DNA from: an uncultured Halobacteriales archaeon
GTDB taxonomy: Archaea > Halobacteriota > Halobacteria > Halobacteriales > Natrialbaceae
Assembly: GCA_964542685.1 (NCBI GenBank)
Contig: CAZIVN010000001.1
Location: forward strand, 1 to 28,708
Reading direction: 5' to 3'
DNA: 28,708 nucleotides
A model generated the notes under the pieces. That model worked only from the letters and a program-made list of their open reading frames with translations. It ran no database searches and was not told the origin of the DNA. The first letter of the stretch is position 1, and each line of letters starts with the position of its first letter. Made by a program: the position numbers and the translations under genes. Of this stretch, positions 17,296 to 26,700 are shown piece by piece.

Positions 17296-18381
17296 ATGGA
17301 CGAACTCGTCGCGTTGACCCGCGACCTCGTGACTATCCCGAGTCACGACGACGAGACGGCGGTCGGCGACCACATCGAGGACTGGCTGCGGAGCGAGACC
17401 GACGCGACGGTCCGGCGCGACGCGGCCGGCAACGTGTTCGCCCGCAGGGGGGACGGCGAGGCGTCCCTGGCGCTCGTCGGCCACCACGACGTCGTGCCGC
17501 CGGACGACGACCAGACGGCGGACGGCGAGTACGTCGTCGAGCGCCGCGACGGACGGCTGTACGGCCGGGGCACCGCGGACATGAAGGGCGCCGTCGCGGC
17601 GGCGATGCTCGCCGTCCGGGACTGCGACCCGGCGACCGAACTCGTGTTCGCCTCGTTCGTCGGCGAGGAGGTCGGCGGCGCGGGCTGTCGAGCGGCCATC
17701 GACGACGGGTTCGCCCCGGACTACGCCGTCGTCGGGGAGGGGTCGACGGGCTACTCGGCGCCGGGCGTGACCGACGTCGCGGTCGCCCACAAGGGCCGAC
17801 GCGGCAGTACGATCGTCGCGGACGGCGTCGCGAGCCACGCCAGCGAACCCGATGCCGGCGAGAACGCGATCTACCGGGCCTGCGAGGCGGTCGACCGCCT
17901 GCGAGACCTCCCGGTCCCGACGGTGTCCGTGGCCGGTGAGTCGCTGTCCGGCAGCGTCGTCGCCACCGAAGTCGCGGGCGGCGAGGCGATGAACGTCGTC
18001 CCCGACCGGTGTACGGTCACCGTCGACGAACGCACGGTGCCCGGCGAGCGCGTCCCGCTCGAGCGCCTGGAAACCGTCGACGGCGTGACGGTCCGCGTCG
18101 ATCAGGACCTGCCGCCGATGCGCTGTACCGACGCGCCGTTCCGCGACGCCGTGCTGTCGGCCGCCCGGGGAGTCCAGGCCGACGACGGCCACGACCCCCA
18201 GCACGTCGTCAAACCGCACGCCACCGACGCGGGCTGGCTCGCGGGGGCGGGCACCGAACCGGTGGTCTGTGGGCCCGCCGAACCCGGCGAGGCCCACACC
18301 GCGACCGAGAGCGTCTCGCTGTCCGTGCTGGAGCGGTGTTACCGGATCTACCGGAGCGTTGCCGAGCGGTTCGAGGGGTAG
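17296..18381 (+). CDS. M20-family metallopeptidase (DapE/ArgE-like)
   Basis: GHHDVVP, LYGRGTADMKG, VGEEVGG, VVGEG, SHAS, TDAGW, EAHTATE. Confidence 0.92.
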   Translation: MDELVALTRDLVTIPSHDDETAVGDHIEDWLRSETDATVRRDAAGNVFARRGDGEASLALVGHHDVVPPDDDQTADGEYVVERRDGRLYGRGTADMKGAVAAAMLAVRDCDPATELVFASFVGEEVGGAGCRAAIDDGFAPDYAVVGEGSTGYSAPGVTDVAVAHKGRRGSTIVADGVASHASEPDAGENAIYRACEAVDRLRDLPVPTVSVAGESLSGSVVATEVAGGEAMNVVPDRCTVTVDERTVPGERVPLERLETVDGVTVRVDQDLPPMRCTDAPFRDAVLSAARGVQADDGHDPQHVVKPHATDAGWLAGAGTEPVVCGPAEPGEAHTATESVSLSVLERCYRIYRSVAERFEG

Positions 18382-18754
18382 CAGTCCCGACGACGGCCGC
18401 CGACCAGGCGGCGGTTCCGACGCGGCTCCGGACTCGGCCCCGTTCCGATCCCCGTCCCCCTCCGAAGAGTTCGGATAGTAACGCCGGAGTGCTTACCTTC
18501 CGGTGTCCAGTTGCGGTTCACGTGCAGTCCGGAACGCTCGACGGTCCGCCAGTACGGACGTGGGGGAACGTCCGCGGCGGTGACGCCGCCCCCGGCGACG
18601 TCGGGGGTGGCCGGACCGACCGGGGTTCCGACTGCCGGCGGTACCGCCGGGGGGGTTCGATGGCGGTACCGCCCCCGAGGTGGGGGTCGTCGGCCGGGAG
18701 ACCGACCGGGGGTTCGGCAATCAGGCATTTGTGGTTCAACGTGGAGTCGGTACC

Positions 18755-21700
18755 ATGAGCGGACGCGAACTGGACGACAGGCCGTCGATTCCGGACGCCG
18801 TCGCGTCTGTCGAGGGTGTCGAGGTCGACTACGACGCGGTCGAGCGGATCGGCCCGGTCGGGTCGGGGAGCAACGCGACGGTGTCCGAGGCGCGGGTCGC
18901 GGACCGTCGCGTCGCGTTGAAGGAGCCGTCGGTCGAGGACGACCGCGTCGCCGAGCGGTTCGTCCGGGAGGCAGAGACCTGGGAGCGCGTCGCCGACCAC
19001 GACCACGTGGTGAGCGTGTTCGACTGGGGCACCGGCGACGAGGCCGACGGGACCGACGCGCCGTGGCTGGCCCTAGAGTTCGCCGACGGGGGCGACCTGC
19101 GGAGCCGGGACCGCCACGGGGTCGCGGAGGCGCTGTGGAACGCCCGCTGTCTGACAGACGCGGTCGCCCACACTCACGAGCAGGGGGTGGCCCACCTGGA
19201 TCTCACCCCGGACAACGTGCTGTTCCGGACCGTCGAGGACGGCTGGGACGTCCCGAAGATCGGCGATTGGGGGCTGGCGCGACGGCTGGACGCCGCCGCG
19301 GACGGCGACGGTGTGACCCCGCCGTACGCCGCCCCCGAGCAGTTCGACCCCGACACGTTCGGCGACCCGGACGAGCGGACGGACGTCTACGGGCTCGGCG
19401 CACTCCTGTACCACCTGCTGACGGGGGAGGCGCCGTACTCGGGGGCCCCGTCGGAAATCGAGGCGGCGGTGCTGGACGACGACTCGCCGCGGCCCACTGC
19501 AGTCGACCCGAGTCTCTCGGCCAGACTCGACGAAATCGTCGCCCGTGCGATGGCGACGAACCCGGAAGAGCGGTACGAGACGGCGGCGGCGCTGCACGAG
19601 GCCGTCGACGACCTGCTGTCGATGGTCGAGGCCGAGTCCGGCGAGACGGACGGTGTGAAGACGGTATCGGTCCTGGAGAGTCATGGGTTCGAGCGACTCA
19701 CTCCCGGATACTTCGAGGGCCGAGACCCGGCGCCGCCGACGGAGACCTGGCGGGCAGGGCTCGGCCTCGTCGACGTATCGGCGGGGTACGCGGTCGAGCG
19801 GCGGGTCGAGCGCGACGGCGAGACGGTGTCGCTGTCGGGGCGCTTGCTCGACCGTCTGGCCGACGGGGAGAGTGTCGCCGTCGTCGGTGCGCCGGGTGCG
19901 GGCAAGAGCACGGTGTGCAAGCAGGTCGCCTGCGAGTGGCACGAACTCGACCATGGCCCGGTGGTGTACCGGGAGAGCGGACAGGGGCGACGGCTGGACG
20001 CGCCGGCGACGCTGGAGCGGTACCTGCGGGGCGTCGACGGACACGCACTGGTGGTCGTCGAGGACGCGGTCCGCGGGGAGGCCAGTGCCGTCTTCGACGC
20101 CATCGGCGACCTCGAGACGGCGTCGGACGTGAGTGTGCTCCTGGACGCGCGCCGAGAGGAGTGGCAGGACGCAGACGCCGTCCTCGACGCCGACCGGGAG
20201 CGAGTGCGCCGGCGGGCGGTCGACGTCGAGCACCTGTCGCCGCCGGACCGCGGCGAGTACGAGCGGTTCGTCGCGGCGGTCGAACGGAGCACGGGCACGG
20301 ACGTCGACCTGAGCATCGAGGAGTTGCTGCCGGACGTCCGTGGCACGACGCCCAGCGAGGAACGACAGCCGGGAGAACTGTTCCTCCTGTTGCACCGACT
20401 GTTGTCGTACGTGAACGGTCTCGAGACGGACGACGAGACGGTGACGACGCTAGAGGAAGCGGTTCGGTTGACGCGCCTGGACCTCGAACGACGGGGGGAG
20501 ACGTTCCTGGACGTCGGCGTCGCGGCGAACCTCCTGAACGCGGCCGGAGTGGGCGTCTATCCCGAGTTGTTACACGCCGCCGCACCCGACGACGAGGCAG
20601 CGGTGGCGGAGGCGCTCGAGGCCCTCGGTGGGCGAGTAGTGTTCCCCGACGAGGACGCTGCCGGCGACGGCCCGTACCGTGCGGTCCACGAGGTGTGGTC
20701 GGCGGAGTTTCTGACCAACCTGCTCGACGCCGAGGGTGCCGCGGACGCACACGAGCGGTTCGGACGGGTGCTGTCGCGGATCCTGGCGCTTGCCGACGAC
20801 GCCGAACTGCGCGAGGACGTCGCGTGGATCCTCCGCGGTGAAACCGAGTACCTGGAGCGTATCGCCGAGGCACCGGGCGAGTGGGCCGACGCCGTCGTCG
20901 AAGACGCCTTCGAGTTCGGGACGGAGTGGCCGAAACTCGCGCCGCTGTTCGGAACGACCGACGCGTCGGCGATCGACCTGCCGGACGCCTGCTCGGAGGA
21001 GCTCCTCCCCCGGCGAGCACTGTGGCGCGGCGACATGTACCGACGGGCCAACGAGTACGACAGCGCACAGGAGGAGTACGCCCGCGTCACGGACGTTCTG
21101 GATCGGTTGGACCACGCGTCGGTCGACGCCGACCTGCTCCGCGGACGAGCAGCGGTCGGGACCGGCGTCATCCACTACGACCGCGCCGAGTACGAGCGAG
21201 CGCGCGAGCGGCTCCGGGACGCGCTCGACATCGCTCGAGAACAGGGGGTACGATCGCTGGAAGCGACCGTACTCAACGAACTCGGTTCGGTCGCCCACCG
21301 AGAGGGCGAGATGGATCGGGCTCGCGAGCTGTACCAGCGGAGTCTCGACCTCGACCGAGAACTCGGCGACCGCAAGGGTGAGGCCGACGTCCTCACCGGT
21401 CTCGGCAGCGTCGCGCTGTTCCAGCAGCGGTACGAGCAGTCTCACGAGTACACAGAGAACGCTCTCGAAATCTACCGGGAACTCGGTGACCGTCAGGGGA
21501 AAGTCGACGCCCTGTTCACCCTCGGGAGCGTCGCGTACGAACGGGCCCACCGAGACCGGCACGAGTACGACACGGGGATCGAGTACTGGGAGCGGTGTCT
21601 CGAGATCGCAAGCGAGATCGGAGACCGCCGGTCAGTCGCCAGGACGCTGTACAGTCTGGGCCAGGCCGCGAACTCGAAGGGAGCGTCAGACGAGGCCGAA

Positions 21701-22768
21701 GAGTACCTGCAGCGGAGTCTCGACGCAACCAGAGAGATCGGTGACAGGGACAGTGAGATAAACAGTCTGATCGGTCTCGGCAACGTATCGGAGGGGGAGC
21801 AGAACTTCCACGAGGCACAGTCGTACTACGAGACGGCGTTCGAACTCTCCGAGGAGATCGGCAACCCGCGGTCCAGGGCGCACTCCGCCACAGGCATCGG
21901 GTTGGTCTGTGTCACCGTCGCCGAGTACGACGAGGCTCGCGAGTACCTCTCGCAGGGCCTCGACGACGCCCGTGCGATCGACGACACCCGTATCGAGGGC
22001 TTCATGCTCCACTACCTCGGTGACGTCGCCAGGTTGCGGGGCGAGTTCGGTCACGCGCACGACTACTACCGCGACGCTCTCGAGATCCGCCGGGAGATGG
22101 GCGCACGACGACGCGAGGCGTTCAGTCGCAACGGCCTCGGACGCACCGCGCGCAAGCAGGCTCAGTACGACCGCGCGTGTGACCACTTCGAGGCGGTGCG
22201 CGACATCGCGAGCGACATGGACGCGACAGACCTGGAGTGCCAGGGCCTGTGCGGTCTCGGGGCGACCGCACGTCAGCGAGGCGACCTCGGTCGTGCACGC
22301 GAGCGACTCGAACGAGCCCTATCGCTCTCCGAGGAGATCGACGAGCCGATCCTGGTCGGTCGGATCCGGCTGGAACTGGGCCGTCTCGACTTGGAGACGG
22401 ACGACCCGTCGGCCGCTCGCGACCACGCGGAGCGGTCGTACACTACCGTCGACGACATCGGAGCGATCCACTGGGGGGCGCGGAGCCGCGAACTACAGGG
22501 CTTGATCGCCGCCGAGACCGACGACCCGGCGGCGGCACGGGAGCACTGGCGGGCAGCCCTGGCGGTCTTCGAGGACGTTGGGGCGTACCAGGACGCCCTG
22601 GCGACGCTCGAACACCTCGTCGAGACCTGCCGTGAGGCCGGCGACGAGGCGGCGGCGTGCGAGTGGTGTGAGCGCGCCTGCGAGACGCTCGCCGACGCGC
22701 CCGAGGAGGTCGCCGACCGCCACCGCGAGTGGGTCGACCGCCACGCCGCGGCCCTCGACACCGGGTGA
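18755..22768 (+). CDS. Hanks-type Ser/Thr kinase - STAND-like P-loop NTPase - TPR array, paralogue 1 (1337 aa)
   Basis: VALKE, HLDLTPDN, DWGLA, YAAPEQ, DVYGLG; GAPGAGKST (19886-19912) and VVVED; about 14 repeats of 40 aa. Confidence 0.88.
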   Translation: MSGRELDDRPSIPDAVASVEGVEVDYDAVERIGPVGSGSNATVSEARVADRRVALKEPSVEDDRVAERFVREAETWERVADHDHVVSVFDWGTGDEADGTDAPWLALEFADGGDLRSRDRHGVAEALWNARCLTDAVAHTHEQGVAHLDLTPDNVLFRTVEDGWDVPKIGDWGLARRLDAAADGDGVTPPYAAPEQFDPDTFGDPDERTDVYGLGALLYHLLTGEAPYSGAPSEIEAAVLDDDSPRPTAVDPSLSARLDEIVARAMATNPEERYETAAALHEAVDDLLSMVEAESGETDGVKTVSVLESHGFERLTPGYFEGRDPAPPTETWRAGLGLVDVSAGYAVERRVERDGETVSLSGRLLDRLADGESVAVVGAPGAGKSTVCKQVACEWHELDHGPVVYRESGQGRRLDAPATLERYLRGVDGHALVVVEDAVRGEASAVFDAIGDLETASDVSVLLDARREEWQDADAVLDADRERVRRRAVDVEHLSPPDRGEYERFVAAVERSTGTDVDLSIEELLPDVRGTTPSEERQPGELFLLLHRLLSYVNGLETDDETVTTLEEAVRLTRLDLERRGETFLDVGVAANLLNAAGVGVYPELLHAAAPDDEAAVAEALEALGGRVVFPDEDAAGDGPYRAVHEVWSAEFLTNLLDAEGAADAHERFGRVLSRILALADDAELREDVAWILRGETEYLERIAEAPGEWADAVVEDAFEFGTEWPKLAPLFGTTDASAIDLPDACSEELLPRRALWRGDMYRRANEYDSAQEEYARVTDVLDRLDHASVDADLLRGRAAVGTGVIHYDRAEYERARERLRDALDIAREQGVRSLEATVLNELGSVAHREGEMDRARELYQRSLDLDRELGDRKGEADVLTGLGSVALFQQRYEQSHEYTENALEIYRELGDRQGKVDALFTLGSVAYERAHRDRHEYDTGIEYWERCLEIASEIGDRRSVARTLYSLGQAANSKGASDEAEEYLQRSLDATREIGDRDSEINSLIGLGNVSEGEQNFHEAQSYYETAFELSEEIGNPRSRAHSATGIGLVCVTVAEYDEAREYLSQGLDDARAIDDTRIEGFMLHYLGDVARLRGEFGHAHDYYRDALEIRREMGARRREAFSRNGLGRTARKQAQYDRACDHFEAVRDIASDMDATDLECQGLCGLGATARQRGDLGRARERLERALSLSEEIDEPILVGRIRLELGRLDLETDDPSAARDHAERSYTTVDDIGAIHWGARSRELQGLIAAETDDPAAAREHWRAALAVFEDVGAYQDALATLEHLVETCREAGDEAAACEWCERACETLADAPEEVADRHREWVDRHAAALDTG

Positions 22769-22789
22769 CCGCCCCGGTATCCGATGCGG

Positions 22790-23548
22790 TTATCCCAGCC
22801 GGTACTGGAACGCCCGGAGGACGTCTTCGCCGAGGTCGGTGAGTTTCACTCGTTTCTGCGTGCCGACCTCCTCGACGGTGACGTACCTCCGTTCCCGTAG
22901 CGGCGAGACGACGTGGGCGTCGAGGCGACGGAACTTGCCCTTCTGGGTGTCGCCGGAGTAGTCGGCGATGAACTGCAGGCCGGCCTCCTCACCGTACTCG
23001 AACAGCGACCGCTTGATCCGGTAGGGTTCGCCGTCGCGGTCGGTCCGGTCGGAGTCGGCCACGTACTGCATGATCGCGAGCAACTGGTCCTCGGGCCGTT
23101 CGATCGGGTACCGCGGGATGGGGTCGATCGACCGGACGCCGGAAGGGACCGGCGCGCGGTGTGACCCGTGGTTCTCGGCCTCGACGTAGTACGGCTCCGC
23201 GGCCTCCGTCGCCATGCAGGCGAGCATGCCGGCGATGGCCGTGACCTTGTTACCGGTCGCGAGGTTGACGTACACGTCGTTGTCGGCCTCCCCGGTGACG
23301 ACGTCGCCGAACGCCGCCATCGCCGAGAAGAAGTCGTCCATGTCGTACGACCTGACCCCCGTCTCGATGCCGTTGTCGTCGAACGCGGCGATTATCTCGT
23401 CGTCGCGGACGTCCTCGGCGACGTAGTCCGGGAGGTACTCGAGGAGGACGACCCTGTCCGCACCGTACTCGACCGGCGGATCGACGATCCTGTCGTACTC
23501 GAGTCCCAGTGGTGCGACGTGGACGCGCTCCGAGACCTCGAAACTCAC
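22790..23548 (-). CDS. DUF6293 / HFX_2341-type regulator (CARF-like domain + winged HTH)
   Basis: RVHVAPLGLEYDRI...ADRVVLL...YVNLATGNKVTAI...PYYV...C-terminal wHTH (VVSPLRERRYVTVEEVGTQKRVKLTDLG); GTG at 23548 preferred from promoter spacing. Confidence 0.8.
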   Translation of the reverse strand: MSFEVSERVHVAPLGLEYDRIVDPPVEYGADRVVLLEYLPDYVAEDVRDDEIIAAFDDNGIETGVRSYDMDDFFSAMAAFGDVVTGEADNDVYVNLATGNKVTAIAGMLACMATEAAEPYYVEAENHGSHRAPVPSGVRSIDPIPRYPIERPEDQLLAIMQYVADSDRTDRDGEPYRIKRSLFEYGEEAGLQFIADYSGDTQKGKFRRLDAHVVSPLRERRYVTVEEVGTQKRVKLTDLGEDVLRAFQYRLG

Positions 23549-23569
23549 GAGTGCGTGTCTCACGAGCCA

Positions 23570-23707
23570 GCGGTTTGAATGTGCCGGCCACCCCAGTCGG
23601 CCGTCCTCGGTCCGGACGGGTCGTCGACGAGGGTGGCGACGCGTTCGCGGGACCGCCGCTCTCGGTCGCAGACGCCGCGGGCGCCGGCGCCACCAGATTC
23701 AAACCGC
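23570..23707. promoter_or_regulatory. Divergent promoter pair with identical ATTCAAACCGC cores
   Basis: 23570-23580 (minus) and 23697-23707 (plus); each is followed by exactly 21 nt and then the start codon. Confidence 0.65.
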
Positions 23708-23728
23708 CACTCTCGTACAGCCATCGTG

Positions 23729-26700
23729 ATGAACGGTAATCCGACCGACGCCCTGCCGATTCCGACGTCCGTGGCGCCGGTCGGCGCGGTCGACGTCGAC
23801 TACGACGCGGTCGAGCGGATCGGTCCGGTCGGGTCGGGGAGCAACGCGACGGTGTTCGAGGCGCGGGCGGGCGACCACCGCGTCGCGCTGAAGGAACCGT
23901 CAGTCGAGGACGACCGCGTCGCCGAGCGGTTCGTGGACGAAGCCGAGGTGTGGTCGCGGCTGGCCGACCACGACCACGTCGTCGGCGTCGTCGACTGGGG
24001 CACCGGCGACGAGGCCCAGGGGACCGACGGGCCGTGGCTGGCCCTGGAGTTCGCCGACGGCGGCGACCTGCGGAGTCGCGAGCGTCCCGGCGTCGCGGAG
24101 GCACTGTGGGTCGCGCGCTGTCTGGCCGACGCCGTCGCAGGCGCTCACGAGCAGGGAGTGGTCCACCTGGACCTAACCCCCGACAACGTGTTGTTCCGGT
24201 CGGTCGACGACAGCTGGGACGTCCCGAAAGTCGGCGACTGGGGGCTGGCGCGACGGCTGGACGACGCCACGGATCCCGACGGCGTGACGCCGCCGTACGC
24301 CGCTCCCGAACAGTTCGAGAACGACGGCGGTGACGCCCTGGACGAGCGAACGGACGTCTACCAGTTGGGGGCGCTGCTGTACCGGTTGCTGACCGGCGAG
24401 GCGCCGTACTCCGGACCACCGTCGGAGATCGAAGCGGCGGTGCTTGCCGGCGATCCGCCGTGCCCGACGGTGGTCGATCCGGGGCTGCCGGCGGCGGTCG
24501 ACGAGGTGGTCGCCCGCGCGACGGCGAACGACCCGGCCGACCGGTACGACACCGCGGAGGCGTTTCGGGCGGACCTCGACGACGTGCTCGTGGCGGTCGT
24601 GGAGAGAGCCTCGACGGCCGGCGATGGGCCGACGGGGACCGACGCCGCGCTGGAGCGTCAGGGGTTCGAGCGGGTGACGGCGGGGTACTTCGAGGACCGG
24701 GAGCCAGCACCGCCGTCCGAGGCCTGGCGGGCGGGGCTGGACCTGGTCGACGTGGACGCGGGTTACGCGGTCGAGCGGACGGTCGAGCGCGACGGCGAAC
24801 GGGTGTCGCTGTCCGCGCGGCTCCGGGAGCGTCTGGACGACGGAGGGACCGTCGCGGTGGTGGGGCCGCCGGGAGCGGGTAAGAGTACGGTGTGCAAGCA
24901 GGTCGCCTGCGCGTGGCGCGACGCCGGCACGGGCCCGGTGCTGTACCGCGAGAGCGGGCAGGGGCGACGGCTGGACGCGCCGGCGACGCTGCGGCGGTAC
25001 CTGGCCGAATCCGAGGACACCGCGCTGGTGGTCGTCGAGGACGCGGTCAGGGGTGAGGCGAGCGCCGTCTTCGACGCCGTCGCCGCCGTCGCGGGCGACC
25101 CTTCGGTGAGCGTCCTGCTGGACGCGCGACGCGACGAGTGGGAGGCGGCCGACGTCGCCCTCGACCGGGAGCGCGAGCGGGTGCGCCAGCGAGCGGTCGC
25201 CGTCGAGTCCGTGTCGCCGCCGGACCGCACGGAGTACGAGCGGTTCGTGGCGGCCGTCGAACGCAGTGCCGGGACCGACCTCGACGTCGCAGTCGAAGAA
25301 CTGGTGCCAGAGGTCAGGGAAGCAGCGGCCGGCGAACAGCGTCAGCCGGGCGAACTGTTCCTCCTGTTGCACCGCCTGCTGGCGCACCTCGACCTCGACG
25401 GGACGGACGGCGCCGACGCGGCGACGACGCTCGACGAGGCCGTCCAGGCGACGAAACTGGCCCTCGAACGCCGGGGGGAGACGTTCCTGGACGTCGGCGT
25501 CGCGGCGAACCTGCTGAACGCCGCCGGCGTGGGGGTCTCCCCCGAACTGTTGCACGCGGTCGCACCGGACGACGAGACGGCGGTCGCCGAGGCCATCGAC
25601 GTCCTGGACGGCCGGGTCCTGTTCACCGGCGACGGGGCCGGGCCGCGGGACGGCCCGTACCGGGCGGTCCACGAGGTGTGGTCGGCGGAGTTCCTGGCGA
25701 CCCTGCTCGACGCCGAGGGTGCCGAGACCGCCCACGAGCGGTTCGACCGCGTGGTGTCGCGGGTGCTCGCGCTCGCCGACGACGCCGAGCGTCGGGAGGA
25801 GGTCGCGTGGGCACTACGGGGCGAAACCGAGTACCTGGAACGTATCGCCGAATCGCCGGGCGAGTGGACGGACGCGGTCGTCGGGGACGCCTTCGAACTC
25901 GGGACGGAGTGGCCGAAGCTCGCGGCGCTGTACGGGACGGCGGGGGAGTCGGCCCTGACGCTGCCCGACGCCTGCTCCGAGGCGGTGGCGGTCCGTCGGT
26001 TCGAGTGGCGCGGAGACGCCTACCGGAACGGCGACGACTACGACCGGTCCGAACGGGAGTACCGACGACTGTTGGACGAACTGCGCGGCGAGGACCCGAC
26101 GGTCGACGACGAGGCACTGCTGGCGCGTGCCCGACTGAAGCTCGGGCACGTCTACCGGGGACGCGACGAGTACGACCGTGCGATCGACCACACCGACGAC
26201 GCACTCGCGCTCGCACGGTCGGCCGGCGCCCGGATCACCGAGGCCGACTGTCTCAGGGCACTCGGCGGCATCGCCCTTGTCCGCGACGAGCACGAACGAG
26301 GCGTCGAGTACTACGAAGAGAGCGTCTCGATCGCACGGGACCTCGGCGACCGACGCCGCGAGGCGCTGGCACGCAGAAAACTCGGCGAGGTCGCGCAGTT
26401 CCGCGGCGAGACAGACCGGGCCCGCGAGTGGTACGAGGAGAGCCTGGCGACCATGCGCGACATCGGCGACCGCGGGCGGGTGGGCGTCGTCCTCTCGAAC
26501 CTCGGCAACCTCGCAACGAAGCGGGGAGCGACCGACGAGGCACGGTCGTACCACCACCAGTGTCTCGAGATCGCACGAGAGATCGGCAGCACCAAGCGCG
26601 AAGCGGACGCTCTCGGTAACCTCGGCAACGTCGCCTACGAGGAGGGCAGGTTCGACCGGTCCCGCGAGTATCACAGACGGAGCCTCGACCTCAAGCGGGC

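Noticed and set aside
18680-18754. ORF-track upstream starts (18680, 23579, 23563, 4867, 5462, 6766, 7387, 7582, 9569, 10988, 17236)
   Set aside because: The extensions are non-acidic and cover promoters; downstream starts fit TATA spacing and paralogue or family alignment
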